Positions 54,703 to 64,000 of a stretch of DNA of 64,000 nucleotides are shown piece by piece. The notes under the pieces were generated by a model. The model ran no database searches. It had not been told where the DNA came from and worked only from the letters and a program-made list of their open reading frames with translations. Position numbers and translations under genes: made by a program. Source of the DNA: Caldilineales bacterium (GTDB lineage: Bacteria > Chloroflexota > Anaerolineae > J102); the NCBI GenBank assembly GCA_037443945.1, contig JBBINH010000005.1:36538-100537 (forward strand), written 5' to 3'. Numbering within the stretch: the stretch's first letter is position 1; every line of letters starts with the position of its first letter.

Positions 54703-56748
54703 ATGCCTGCTCGCTATACGGTCAAAGTCCCCCAGGTTGACGATTGGCGCGCCCAGATCAAATGCCAACAGGCCTGCCCGGTGCATACCGATGCCCGCGG
54801 TTACGTCACGGCCATTGCCCGGGGGGAGTGGGAATTGGGCTATGAGATGGCCCACGACCCCAACCCACTTTCGACCATCTGTGGACGCATCTGTGGGGCC
54901 CCCTGTGAGAAAGCTTGCCGGCGGGGTGTCATCGGTCCGGATTACGAACCCGTCGCCATTCGACCGCTTAAGCGCTTATTGAGCGAGCGTTACGGCCCGG
55001 AAGCACAACAGCATCTGCCGGGTGTTTCTGCGCAGCCTCCTGGGTTTATTCCGCTGGAGGACGTTGCGTTCGGGCCTTATCCGACCCCACCGCCCGAACG
55101 ACGAACCCTGCCCGGCGAGGGTCCTGAAATGACCTATGCTCGGGTCCGCTGGTCCCGGACGAATCTGATGGCCCTGGCCGCGACTCCCGGTCGTAAACAG
55201 GGCCGCGTCGCCGTCATCGGCGCCGGACCGTCGAGTCTGACTGTGGCCCACGATCTGGCTTTGTTGGGGCATAAGGTCGTCATCTACGAGGCCGGCCCCA
55301 AGGCCGGAGGGATGATCCGCTACGGAGTGCCCATCTATCGGATCGACCAACAGGCCTTGGAAGCCGAGATCGAGAGCATTCTCGCTCTGGGCGTGGAAAT
55401 TCATTACAATACCCCTATCGGCCGTGAGCTCACCCTGGCCGACCTACGACGGCAATATGATGCCGTGTATCTGGGCTTGGGGTTGATGGAAGGACGACGC
55501 CTGAACATCGAGGGGGCCGATCTCGATGGGGTGATAACGGCCGTCGATCTGCTGCTCAATTACAACCTGGGTTACCGGGTGCAGTTAGGAAGGCGGGTCA
55601 TCGTGGTGGGTGGCGGGGATGTGGCTATGGATGCCGCCCGCACGGCCTTGCGCCTGGGGCAGCTCACCGCCGCCCAGGCCGGGGCCCTGGCCGAAAGCGA
55701 AGCCCGTGCCGAAGAGGAAGCCGATGCCGTGCACGCCGCCCTGGATGTGGCCCGAACGGCTTTACGTCTGGGGGTGGCCGATGTGCTCCTCATCGCGCTG
55801 GAATCGTGGGAAGAACTGCCCGCTTCCCGTTTTGAGATCGAAGAGGCTCTGGAGGAAGGCATTCAAATCTTCCCACGGTTGGGGCCGAACCGCATTCTGG
55901 GCGAACAAGGCCGGGTGCGCGGCCTGGAGGTTATCGAGGTGGCTTCGGTTTTCGATGAGCAGGGGCGCTTCAACCCCAAGTTCAAACCCGGTACCGAGCA
56001 CGTTTTAGAATGCGATACCGTTATCCTGGCCATCGGCCAAAAAGCCAATCTGGAGGCCCTCGGCGGCGCCGCCGACATCGCCATCACCCCGCGAGGGCTG
56101 GTCCAGGTCGATCCCGAAACGCTGCAGACGACCGCCCCCGACGTCTTCGCCGGCGGTGATGTCGCCTTTGGGCCTCGCCTGATCATCCACGCCGTACGCG
56201 ACGGGCATCTTGCGGCCCTGGGCATCGATCGCTATCTGCAAGGGAAACCTTATCGGGTGGAGACCACCGTCCACTGGACACCGCTGCCGGGGCATACCAT
56301 GTTCCCCGATTGGACCAAAAAGCCGCGCACCCGGGTCCCCTCCCTGCCCGTGGAACGGCGCACGGGTATCTCCGTCATCGAATTGGGGTATTCACCGGAA
56401 GAAGGTCAGGAGCAAGGTTCCCGCTGTCTGGAATGCAGTGTCAATACCATCTTCGACGGCAGCAAATGCATCCTCTGTAACGGTTGTGTCGATGTGTGCC
56501 CCTGGAACTGCCTCAAAATCGTGCGTATTGACCAGATGAGCGGGGATGCTTTGCTGGACCAGGTGGTCGCCGCCCATCTGGGGGCACCCATCCATGCCTG
56601 GGCCGACGAGGTGGTCCCGACGGTGGCCGCCATGCTCAAAGACGACGAAGCCTGTACCCGTTGTGCGCTGTGTGCCAAACGGTGCCCTACCGGTGCCATC
56701 ACCATGGAGGCCTTTCGGTTCGAAGAACGTATCCTCGTTTCTGCTTGA
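54703..56748 (+). CDS. GltD-like Fe-S flavoprotein (NAD(P)-binding, glutamate synthase small-subunit family) with C-terminal 2x[4Fe-4S] ferredoxin domain
   Basis: N-terminal Cys clusters are CQQACPVHTD and CGRICGAPCEKAC. VAVIGAGPSSLTVAHDLALLGHKVVIYEAGPKAGG is the FAD motif. CILCNGCVDVCP and CTRCALCAKRCP are ferredoxin motifs. The start is taken at MPARYTVKV. Confidence 0.75.
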   Translation: MPARYTVKVPQVDDWRAQIKCQQACPVHTDARGYVTAIARGEWELGYEMAHDPNPLSTICGRICGAPCEKACRRGVIGPDYEPVAIRPLKRLLSERYGPEAQQHLPGVSAQPPGFIPLEDVAFGPYPTPPPERRTLPGEGPEMTYARVRWSRTNLMALAATPGRKQGRVAVIGAGPSSLTVAHDLALLGHKVVIYEAGPKAGGMIRYGVPIYRIDQQALEAEIESILALGVEIHYNTPIGRELTLADLRRQYDAVYLGLGLMEGRRLNIEGADLDGVITAVDLLLNYNLGYRVQLGRRVIVVGGGDVAMDAARTALRLGQLTAAQAGALAESEARAEEEADAVHAALDVARTALRLGVADVLLIALESWEELPASRFEIEEALEEGIQIFPRLGPNRILGEQGRVRGLEVIEVASVFDEQGRFNPKFKPGTEHVLECDTVILAIGQKANLEALGGAADIAITPRGLVQVDPETLQTTAPDVFAGGDVAFGPRLIIHAVRDGHLAALGIDRYLQGKPYRVETTVHWTPLPGHTMFPDWTKKPRTRVPSLPVERRTGISVIELGYSPEEGQEQGSRCLECSVNTIFDGSKCILCNGCVDVCPWNCLKIVRIDQMSGDALLDQVVAAHLGAPIHAWADEVVPTVAAMLKDDEACTRCALCAKRCPTGAITMEAFRFEERILVSA

Positions 56749-56758
56749 GGGCTAGCGT

Positions 56759-57490
56759 ATGTTGGCATGGATCACCCGTTCTCGTGTATGGCGTTCGTTC
56801 TTTCGCCATGGCTGGCCGGATAATCCCCTCGACCGGTCGTTGGTGATGACGACGAACCTCTTCTTTCACCTTCATCCGGTCAAGGTAAGTCGCCGGAGCT
56901 TGAACTGGCGCTATTCCTTGGGTCTGGGTTTGCTCGCCGCCATCCTCTTCATCGAACTGACCTTCACCGGGGTGCTGCTGATGTTTTACTATGTGCCCAG
57001 TGTGGAGCGGGCTTACACGTACATCCTCACTTTGCAGACGGTGGTTCCCTTTGGCCAGCTGTTGCGGAACATGCACCGTTGGGGTGCTCATCTGATGGTT
57101 CTGGTCGTGGTTTTGCACATGGCTCGCGTGTTCTATACGGGCGCCTACAAACCCCCGCGCGAGTTCAACTGGGTGGTCGGGGTTTTTCTCTTGCTGTTGA
57201 CCCTGGGCGCCAGCTTCACGGGCTATCTGCTGCCCTGGGATCAACTGGCCTATTGGGCCATCACCGTAGGGACCAGCGTGGCCGGTTACGCGCCCGTCTT
57301 GGGTCCTACCCTCAAAACCTTTTTGCTCGGCGGCCCCGAAGTCGGTCAGGAATCCCTGACCCGTTTCTATGCACTGCACATTATGCTCATCCCGACGGCC
57401 ATTCTCCTCCTCACGTCCTTGCATATCTGGCGGGTGCGTAAGGATGGAGGACTGGCAGCCAATGAGGCGAAAGAGGACGACAAGCGATGA
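56759..57490 (+). CDS. cytochrome b6 (N-terminal cytochrome b, 4 TM, heme b ligating His)
   Basis: The cytochrome b N-domain is present, with blocks [27 protein letters not shown] and [13 protein letters not shown]. Confidence 0.85.
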   Translation: MLAWITRSRVWRSFFRHGWPDNPLDRSLVMTTNLFFHLHPVKVSRRSLNWRYSLGLGLLAAILFIELTFTGVLLMFYYVPSVERAYTYILTLQTVVPFGQLLRNMHRWGAHLMVLVVVLHMARVFYTGAYKPPREFNWVVGVFLLLLTLGASFTGYLLPWDQLAYWAITVGTSVAGYAPVLGPTLKTFLLGGPEVGQESLTRFYALHIMLIPTAILLLTSLHIWRVRKDGGLAANEAKEDDKR

Positions 57491-58272
57491 CCGCGACACC
57501 CTCACGTCCAACCCAACGCCCCATTGCGTCCTTTGCCCGTTCCTCGGGCAAAACCTACACGTTGGTGGAGCTCGTCCACGGCGCTCCTCCCCACATGATC
57601 GATCACGGCCCGGAAGATACCGTTTTTGCCTTTCCGGTGGTGGCCCTGATCGAGTTGCTGCTTAGCCTGGGGGTCACCGTTGTCTTGTTGCTGATGTCGT
57701 TGGCCCTGGATGCCCCCTTGGAGGCCATTGCCAACCCTAACCAGACCACCGACCCGGCCAAGGCCCCCTGGTACTTTATGGGCCTCCAGGAGATGCTGGA
57801 ACACGGGCATCCGACCTTGATGGCCGTTATTATCCCGAGCGTGCTTGTCCTTTTTGTCCTCGCCATTCCGTATCTCGATAACGATCGGGAAGGGGCCGGG
57901 CGTTGGTTTACCTCGGCGCGCGGGAAACGGATAACGGCTCTGGCCGCGCTTTATACCCTGATCGTGATGCCGGCTTTCATCCTCCTGGACAACCGCTTTC
58001 CCCCGCGCGAGCTCTTACGGGATGTGGTTCCGGCGCTGGTAGCCCAGGCCCTTATCCCCGCCGTGGTGCTGGCGCTGATTGTTCTGCTTCCGGTGGTCAT
58101 CCTGAGACGATTTCATCCGGATGTCCGGGAAGTCCTGCTGCTGTTGTTTACCATCCTCTTGGTGTCGGCCGTCATTTTCACCGTCACCGGCTTCCTCTTT
58201 CGCGGCCCGGGGTTCAAACTCTATTGGCCCTGGAACATGCCGGGAGGCTATAACCCCTTCCAACATCTCTGA
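57487..58272 (+). CDS. cytochrome b C-terminal domain / subunit IV-like protein
   Basis: [11 protein letters not shown] is a PEWY-like motif within the cytochrome b C-terminal TM helices. The gene overlaps the b6 stop by 4 nt. Confidence 0.8.
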   Translation: MTATPSRPTQRPIASFARSSGKTYTLVELVHGAPPHMIDHGPEDTVFAFPVVALIELLLSLGVTVVLLLMSLALDAPLEAIANPNQTTDPAKAPWYFMGLQEMLEHGHPTLMAVIIPSVLVLFVLAIPYLDNDREGAGRWFTSARGKRITALAALYTLIVMPAFILLDNRFPPRELLRDVVPALVAQALIPAVVLALIVLLPVVILRRFHPDVREVLLLLFTILLVSAVIFTVTGFLFRGPGFKLYWPWNMPGGYNPFQHL

Positions 58273-58286
58273 AGCCTGAGAAAGCT

Positions 58287-58784
58287 ATGACAACGCCTAC
58301 CTCTCGTGGATCGCGTCCCCGCCTCCTAAGCCGTCGGCAATTTTGGGGTCTTTCCTGGGCAGGTGCCTTGACCGTTTTGCTGGGCCAGGCCGTGGTTACC
58401 CTGCTCAACTTTTTGCGTCCGGTCACAACCGGTGGCTTCGGCGGTCTGGTCTATGCCGGCAGGGTCGAAGAATTTGCCATCAACAGCGTCAATCGCGTTC
58501 TCCAGGGGCGTTTTTACATCGTCCGCACCGAGGATGGCTTCTTGGCTTTATGGCAGAAGTGTACCCATTTGGGTTGCGCCGTCCCCTGGGTTGAGGAGGA
58601 GCAACGCTTTCATTGCCCCTGCCATGGGTCCCTGTTCAACCGGGTAGGGGAAGTCATCGGCGGACCGGCCCCGCGGCCGTTGGATACCTTCCCGATCACC
58701 ATCCGCAAAGGCGAGGTTTGGGTGGATACGGGCAAACCTACGACGCGCGGTCGTTTCGACCCTTCCCAAGTGACAGGGGCCTGA
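58287..58784 (+). CDS. Rieske [2Fe-2S] protein with Tat signal
   Basis: SRRQFWGLS is a twin-arginine signal. CTHLGC and CPCHGS are the Rieske boxes. Confidence 0.85.
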   Translation: MTTPTSRGSRPRLLSRRQFWGLSWAGALTVLLGQAVVTLLNFLRPVTTGGFGGLVYAGRVEEFAINSVNRVLQGRFYIVRTEDGFLALWQKCTHLGCAVPWVEEEQRFHCPCHGSLFNRVGEVIGGPAPRPLDTFPITIRKGEVWVDTGKPTTRGRFDPSQVTGA

Positions 58785-58795
58785 AGGAGGCCAAC

Positions 58796-59941
58796 ATGTC
58801 CGACCGCGAGCGTTACACCACCCATGTCCTCGTCGGGCTCGTCCTCACCGTGCTGCTGATTATCGGCCTGGCTTATGCTACCTGGGGTGAAGCCGCCCGC
58901 CTGGAGCGGGCGGCCGCCGCGTTTACGGCCGAACGGGTCCAGCGCGGTCGGCTGATCTACGAACAGCAATGCGCCAATTGTCATGGCGCCCAGGGCGAAG
59001 GGGGTATGGGACCGGCCTTGAATAACCGGACACTACTCAAAAATACCCTGGACAGCGTGTTCTTCTCCATCATTCGCTCGGGGGTGCCGAACACGCAGAT
59101 GCCGGCCTGGAGTGTGGATTACGGAGGACCGCTCACCGATGAAGAGGTGCGCGACCTGGTCGCCTTTATCCGGGCCTGGGAACCGACGGCGCCGGAAGTG
59201 ACACCGGTAACGTTTCAACCCGACCCGGTGCGCGGGGCCCTCTTGTTCGCCAACACCTGTGCCATCTGTCACGGTGAGAACGGGAGCGGCGGCACGGCTC
59301 CCGCCCTGAACAATCCCGAACGGTTACAGGCGCTGGACAACGATTGGTATCGCAATGTCATCCGGTATGGCCGACCGGCCAAAGGGATGCCTACCTGGGG
59401 GACCATTCTCGCTCCCGGCCAGATCGAAGACGTGATCGCGCTGATTGATACTTGGCGCGCCGGGGGCACCGTTCAGCCCATCTTCAACGTGACCGAGCTG
59501 CTCGATAGCGCGCTGTTTGCCTTGGCTCAGGAGGATCGCGACAGTGCCTTGCTTCACATCGAGCGGGCGCTCGGCGTGGTTCAGGGCCCCGGGGTGGATG
59601 TGTTGCGCAATGTGGCCGTTTTGCTCGAACAGGACGACCGTGCCGGCGCCCAAGCGGCCTTGCAGGCTTTGCGCCAACAATGGCCACTGGGCGATCCTAC
59701 GGCCGGCGCCGCCGTATACAGCACCTATTGCGCTCCCTGTCATGGCGTGCAAGGTGAAGGCGGTATTGGCAAAGCGTTGCGTGACAACGCCTTTATCCAG
59801 GGGCAGACGAACGCCGACCTGGTCGATTTTCTGCTCGTCGGACGACCGGGCACGGCCATGGCCGGTTTCAAGGACCGCCTCAACGAAACCCAACTGGCCG
59901 ACGTGATCGCTTTCTTGCGCCTGTGGCAGTCCGCCCAATAA
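58796..59941 (+). CDS. tri-heme c-type cytochrome with N-terminal TM anchor
   Basis: Three CxxCH motifs are present (CANCHG, CAICHG, CAPCHG). An RBS GAAGGAGG lies upstream. Confidence 0.8.
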   Translation: MSDRERYTTHVLVGLVLTVLLIIGLAYATWGEAARLERAAAAFTAERVQRGRLIYEQQCANCHGAQGEGGMGPALNNRTLLKNTLDSVFFSIIRSGVPNTQMPAWSVDYGGPLTDEEVRDLVAFIRAWEPTAPEVTPVTFQPDPVRGALLFANTCAICHGENGSGGTAPALNNPERLQALDNDWYRNVIRYGRPAKGMPTWGTILAPGQIEDVIALIDTWRAGGTVQPIFNVTELLDSALFALAQEDRDSALLHIERALGVVQGPGVDVLRNVAVLLEQDDRAGAQAALQALRQQWPLGDPTAGAAVYSTYCAPCHGVQGEGGIGKALRDNAFIQGQTNADLVDFLLVGRPGTAMAGFKDRLNETQLADVIAFLRLWQSAQ

Positions 59942-59964
59942 GCTCGGGTGTGGGCGCGCCGGCC

Positions 59965-62900
59965 TTATCCTTCCTCCGAGGCCGGTGTGTTGGGCCCGCG
60001 CAAGGGTAAACCGGGAATGACCACGGCTCCGCTCCGCTCGTAGGCGGCCTGTCCCTGCGCCTGGCGCAGCTCGTCGATCATGCCCAGTTCCTCGAAAATC
60101 GTCGTGGCCCGGAAATGGCAATCCACCGCCCAGGCCAGTTGACCGGCGCGGTCGTAGAGCCGTCGCAAGGCCAGGTACACGCGGGCCAGGTCCGGCCGGG
60201 CCCGGATGGCGCGCAAAAGGTGCATGGCGCCGAGCAGATCGCGCTCGATCTGAGACCAGACCGGCTGGGGCTGGAGGACGCCGATCTCGGCCAGAAGGCG
60301 TAAGGCCATGGCCATGGCCCAGCGATTGTTGGCCTCGGTGGCCTCCCGGTGCGCCCGCCGCGCTTCGTGTTGCGCCCGCTCGAGCTGTCGGGCCAGAAGA
60401 GAGGCTTCGGCCAGGAACAACCGCGGCACATAGTGCAGCACGCGATGGTCGTGTTCTTCGGCCCATCTTGTGGTCATCGTCAATAAGCGCAGGCCTTCGG
60501 CGCCGGCCCCGCGGTGGGCCAGCGCCAACCCACGCAGACTGAGGGCCATGTAGGTCGGCGGACTCAATTCCTCAGGTGACAGCTCGGGTATAGGTGCCAG
60601 TGCCTCCAGAGCGGCCTCCCAATCATGGCGGGCAGCCTGGATCATCCCCCATTGCATGTGGGCGAAAAAGGTCGTGGGATGGGTTTCTCCGTGTTGAGTC
60701 CGGGCCAGCTCGACCCCGCGCTGTGCCGTGCTCAAGGCGCGCTCCCACGCGCCCACCCGGGCGTAGGCCACGCCCAAATAGCCCAAGACAATGGGCAAAT
60801 CCGGCGGTAGAGGCATTTGCAGGATATCATGCCGCTCTTCATGGCGATGGACATAGCGCAGCAAATAGGCAATGGCATCATCAAAGGCGGCCAGGGCGAT
60901 GCTCACCCGACCGAGCATGCGCAGAGCGGCCGAAAGTAAATCCAAATCCTCTTGTTCTTCGGCCACGCGCAGGGCGCGGCGGGCATAGTCACCGGCCATG
61001 GCCGGTTGTCCGCGCAGCCAGAAGCATTGCGCCGCCCGCCGAAAGATGGCTCCCAAACGGCTTTCTTCCCCCAGCGTGTGGGCGAGATGCTCGGTCTCGC
61101 TCAAGATGGCAATGGCCCGGCCCAGGTTCCCGCTGAAGGCGTAGGCCTGGGCCAATTGCAGATTGAGCTCAATCCGCTGCGCCTGCGGCATCGGACTGCC
61201 CATCTGGCCCAGCAGGTTGACGGCCTGCAGACCGAATTGCCGCGCCTCATGATAGGAGCGCATCTGCAAGGCCTGTTCCCCGGCGCGGGTGAGATAGGGA
61301 AGCGCCTGCCACGGCCGATCGCTGCGGGTATAGTGATAGGCCAGAGTGGCCGGCTCCACCGGGAAAAGACTGCGCTCGAGGACCTCGGCGATACGGCCAT
61401 GGATATACTCGCGCCGGGCACGACTGAGGCTGTTGTAGGCCACCTGGCGTATCTTATCATGGCGGAAATCGTAACCCTGACGCACTTCATGAATAAGGCC
61501 CCGCTGCTCCCAGCTTTCCAGTTCGGCGATCAGCTCCTCGCGCGGACGGTCCAGGATGCTGTGCAGCAAAGCGAGCGAAAACGGCCGTCCGATCGCGGCC
61601 GCCACAGCCAATGCCTCACGACCGGCCGGGGATAAACGTTCGATCCGCGCCTGCAGCACCTCCTGGATCGATGTGGTCAGCAACGGCAGACGACCCTCAG
61701 GCCGACTCTCTTGCAAGGCTTTGACCGTCTCGATGATGAAGAACGGGTTGCCCTCCGTCTCCCGGTAGAGCCGCTGACGAAAGATGGCATCCGTCGGCAT
61801 GGCCGGCACCACATGCACGGCCAGACGGACCGTGTCCTCGGGGCTTAAGGGAGGGAGAGTAAAGCTCAGGGCCAGATGACTGCGTTCGATTAACCGCAGC
61901 AAGGGTTGCCGATCGGAAGGCAAATCTTCGCGCCGATAAAGCCCCAAGACGAGCAAGGGCACCGTGGTCAATTGGCGTGTCAGGCCGACCAGCCACTCCC
62001 AGGTCAGGGTGTCGGCCCAATGGAGGTCATCGAGAACGAGATGAAGGGGTGGTTCGACCCGATTACTGAGGGCCAGGAAAAACTGGATCAAGGCCTCGCG
62101 CAGCGTCTGTGCATCCGGTGTGGTGGGAAACGCCAGATAAGGAAAGAGGGATTGGAAACGCGGCAAAAAGGCCAGTAGGGGGGCCAACCAGGGCGGTGCC
62201 TGCGGCCGCAGCGCCAGCAGGAACTCGGAGACCAGGGGGCTCTCCTCCAACGCCTGGCGCAACGGCGCCAGGACGTGCATGCTCTCCAATTCATAGCAGA
62301 CGCTTTGCAGAACCGGGACCTGCGGATGACGGGCCAGGTACTCATGCACCAGGCGGGTCTTGCCGATCCCGGCCTCGCCTGCCAGAAGAATCAGCTGTCC
62401 TTGGCCTTGTCGGGCTTCCTCATAGCGTTGCTCGAGCAACGCCAACTCCTGTTGACGGTCGACCAGCGGCACCGCTACCGGTAACCGCGGTGGCGGAGCA
62501 GAACGGCGGATGACCACAGCCGGTAGCGTTTCGACCGTAGGATAGACCTCCCCACGTTGGAGGGATTGGAAGAGTGCCTGGGTCTCCGGCAGGGGTTCGG
62601 CTCCGATTTCCTCGGCCAAAACCCGCACCAATTGCTGATATTCGGCCAAAGCCCGTGCGCGCTCACCTTGTAAAGCATAGAGGGTCATCAGGCGACGGCG
62701 GGCCTGTTCATCCAACGGTTCCAGAGCAACCCACTTCTGCGCCAGAGGGATGGCTTCCCCTATCCGACCGGTATGGACCAGGGCCTGGGTCAGACGGTCC
62801 AGGGTATGCAGATAAAGGCGTCGCAGACGGTCGCGTTCAGGTTGGCACCAGTCCTCATACAGGTCCTCGAGGAGATCGCCCCGATAGAGCTGGACGGCCT

Positions 62901-63267
62901 GCAAGGCTTCATCGATGCCGGCCTCAGGACGTACGCCGTGGGCAAAGGCTTCGATATCCAGCCACAGCCGCACCCGGGGATGAAAGGCAAGGGTCGAACC
63001 GATGCTGACGATCCATTCCTCCTGGCTTTCCAGGGGCATAAGGACCTGGCGCAGATGATGCAGATACTGGCGCAGGTTGCGCCGTGCCGCGCTTTCGGTG
63101 GTCCGGGGCCACAACACAAACGCCAGACGTCGCCGATCGACCGCCTCGTGATGGTGCAAAAGGAGATAGGCCAGGAGGGCCCGCGTTGTCGGTGAACCCA
63201 GATCGAGGGGGCGTCCCTGGGGGTCGAAGACGGTCAGCGTACCGAATAACCAGGCCCGCAACTCCAT
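59965..63267 (-). CDS. AfsR/SARP-family large transcriptional regulator (wHTH + BTAD + AAA/NB-ARC-like ATPase + TPR repeats)
   Basis: The N-terminus is a SARP DNA-binding/BTAD region (LLAYLLLHHHEAV...LQAVQLYRGDLLEDL). LILLAGEAGIGKTRL is the P-loop. The C-terminal ~500 aa are TPR-like repeats. Confidence 0.8.
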   Translation of the reverse strand: MELRAWLFGTLTVFDPQGRPLDLGSPTTRALLAYLLLHHHEAVDRRRLAFVLWPRTTESAARRNLRQYLHHLRQVLMPLESQEEWIVSIGSTLAFHPRVRLWLDIEAFAHGVRPEAGIDEALQAVQLYRGDLLEDLYEDWCQPERDRLRRLYLHTLDRLTQALVHTGRIGEAIPLAQKWVALEPLDEQARRRLMTLYALQGERARALAEYQQLVRVLAEEIGAEPLPETQALFQSLQRGEVYPTVETLPAVVIRRSAPPPRLPVAVPLVDRQQELALLEQRYEEARQGQGQLILLAGEAGIGKTRLVHEYLARHPQVPVLQSVCYELESMHVLAPLRQALEESPLVSEFLLALRPQAPPWLAPLLAFLPRFQSLFPYLAFPTTPDAQTLREALIQFFLALSNRVEPPLHLVLDDLHWADTLTWEWLVGLTRQLTTVPLLVLGLYRREDLPSDRQPLLRLIERSHLALSFTLPPLSPEDTVRLAVHVVPAMPTDAIFRQRLYRETEGNPFFIIETVKALQESRPEGRLPLLTTSIQEVLQARIERLSPAGREALAVAAAIGRPFSLALLHSILDRPREELIAELESWEQRGLIHEVRQGYDFRHDKIRQVAYNSLSRARREYIHGRIAEVLERSLFPVEPATLAYHYTRSDRPWQALPYLTRAGEQALQMRSYHEARQFGLQAVNLLGQMGSPMPQAQRIELNLQLAQAYAFSGNLGRAIAILSETEHLAHTLGEESRLGAIFRRAAQCFWLRGQPAMAGDYARRALRVAEEQEDLDLLSAALRMLGRVSIALAAFDDAIAYLLRYVHRHEERHDILQMPLPPDLPIVLGYLGVAYARVGAWERALSTAQRGVELARTQHGETHPTTFFAHMQWGMIQAARHDWEAALEALAPIPELSPEELSPPTYMALSLRGLALAHRGAGAEGLRLLTMTTRWAEEHDHRVLHYVPRLFLAEASLLARQLERAQHEARRAHREATEANNRWAMAMALRLLAEIGVLQPQPVWSQIERDLLGAMHLLRAIRARPDLARVYLALRRLYDRAGQLAWAVDCHFRATTIFEELGMIDELRQAQGQAAYERSGAVVIPGLPLRGPNTPASEEG

Positions 63268-63268
63268 G

Positions 63269-63616
63269 TCAGCCCATAGGATAACGCATCCGTTGGCCGC
63301 CGATCAGGTGCAGGTGCAAATGGAACACGACCTGACCCGCATGAGGTCCGGTGTTGATGATCAGGCGATAGCCTGTGGTGGCGATGCCCTCCTGGGCGGC
63401 CAGCCGTTTGGCCGTCAACAGCAGATGACCAAGAACCGCTTCATCGGCTTCTTCGACGTCGTTGACCGAAGCGATGTGTTTGTTGGGAACGATGAGGATG
63501 TGCACCGGGGCTACCGGGCGGATGTCCCGAAAGGCACTCACCCGCTCATCCTGATAGAGCATTTCCGACTGGACGGTGCCGGCGATGATCTGACAGAAGA
63601 TGCAATCGGATGACAT
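63269..63616 (-). CDS. HIT family protein (histidine triad nucleotide hydrolase)
   Basis: CIFCQII and the HIT motif HLHLHLIGG are present. Confidence 0.85.
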   Translation of the reverse strand: MSSDCIFCQIIAGTVQSEMLYQDERVSAFRDIRPVAPVHILIVPNKHIASVNDVEEADEAVLGHLLLTAKRLAAQEGIATTGYRLIINTGPHAGQVVFHLHLHLIGGQRMRYPMG

Positions 63617-63730
63617 ACGGTTAGCTCCTTCTGAGGGAATACGGAGACATCGGAGATGAAGGGTTTGCCCATGATTATCCCATTGGCATCGAGGAAGGGC
63701 AACCTCGGACGAAACGAGAACGGGCTATGG

Positions 63731-63803
63731 CCCTCACCCCTCCCCTGCCCTCCCCTCTCCCACTCGCCTGCGGCGACGGGAGAGGGGACAGAGGGGTGAG
63801 GGG
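63731..63803. repeat. GC-rich imperfect palindrome (CCCTCACCCCTCCCCTGCCCTCCCCTCTCCC ... GGGAGAGGGGACAGAGGGGTGAGGG)
   Basis: A long inverted repeat of polypyrimidine and polypurine arms lies in the intergenic region upstream of the HIT gene. The ORF-track peptide ...PLSPLPSPQASGRGEGRGGVR is its translation. Confidence 0.4.
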
Positions 63804-64000
63804 AGAGCAAGGGGCAACTCGTTGGCACAAAGTCCGAACATGAGCCTTGCCGGTTTTGAGACGGGGATCGACAATAAAGATCGCATCGGGGATCAGGGCT
63901 ATCTTGACATTGCAACCGGTTGCGGTTAGAATCGGCTCATCTGCAAGCGGTTGCAAGGACAGGGCCATGGCCTCGCCTATGCTGTCGAGGTAGCCTCGTC

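Noticed and set aside
63675-63968. 97-aa minus ORF at the window end
   Set aside because: Its central part is simply the translation of the GC-rich palindrome (PLSPLPSPQASGRGEGRGG). It is likely non-coding.

Overview
This 64 kb window is high-GC (about 65%) bacterial chromosomal DNA. Gene content suggests a thermophilic Chloroflexota-like or Deinococcus-Thermus-like organism: a ba3-type cytochrome oxidase, a cytochrome b6/subunit IV/Rieske bc complex, and the SCO1664/DUF3090/histidine-phosphatase trio.

The window is densely coding. Running left to right:
- A partial GYD-domain gene, then six tRNAs on the minus strand (His, Gln, Phe, Gly, Ala, Leu), directly preceded on the same strand by an RNase P RNA gene (rnpB) that the ORF track does not show.
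- A GDP-sugar block on the plus strand (Rmd-like reductase, gmd, phosphomannomutase, TatD), a dodecin gene, an aminotransferase, a DUF362 protein with a C-terminal hydrophobic tail, then secA followed by four small hypothetical ORFs.
- A minus-strand flavin block: DoxX, an LLM-class (luciferase-like monooxygenase family) oxidoreductase and a flavin reductase.
- An HxlR regulator fused in frame to a two-domain VOC enzyme, then pgi, an SDR and glk.
- An AT-rich island encoding a polytopic membrane protein, immediately next to a conserved operon of aminotransferase, histidine phosphatase, DUF3090 and SCO1664 (an atypical kinase).
- A secreted di-heme cytochrome c peroxidase fused to FG-GAP/ASPIC repeats, then rsmF, a MoxR ATPase, an epimerase, a Ca/Na exchanger, an S2P-CBS protease and clpB.
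- A Liv-type ABC operon with an embedded acyl-CoA synthetase.
- A GAF sensor histidine kinase with a NarL-family response regulator and a degenerate receiver paralog.
- A large respiratory cluster: two Sco proteins, PCu(A)C, ba3 oxidase subunits IIa/II/I, cytochrome c, a GltD-like Fe-S flavoprotein, and cytochrome b6/subunit IV/Rieske/tri-heme cytochrome c.
- An AfsR/SARP-like regulator and a HIT protein.

No CRISPR array, rRNA or obvious transposase was seen. Most long antisense ORFs in the track are artefacts of the high GC content.
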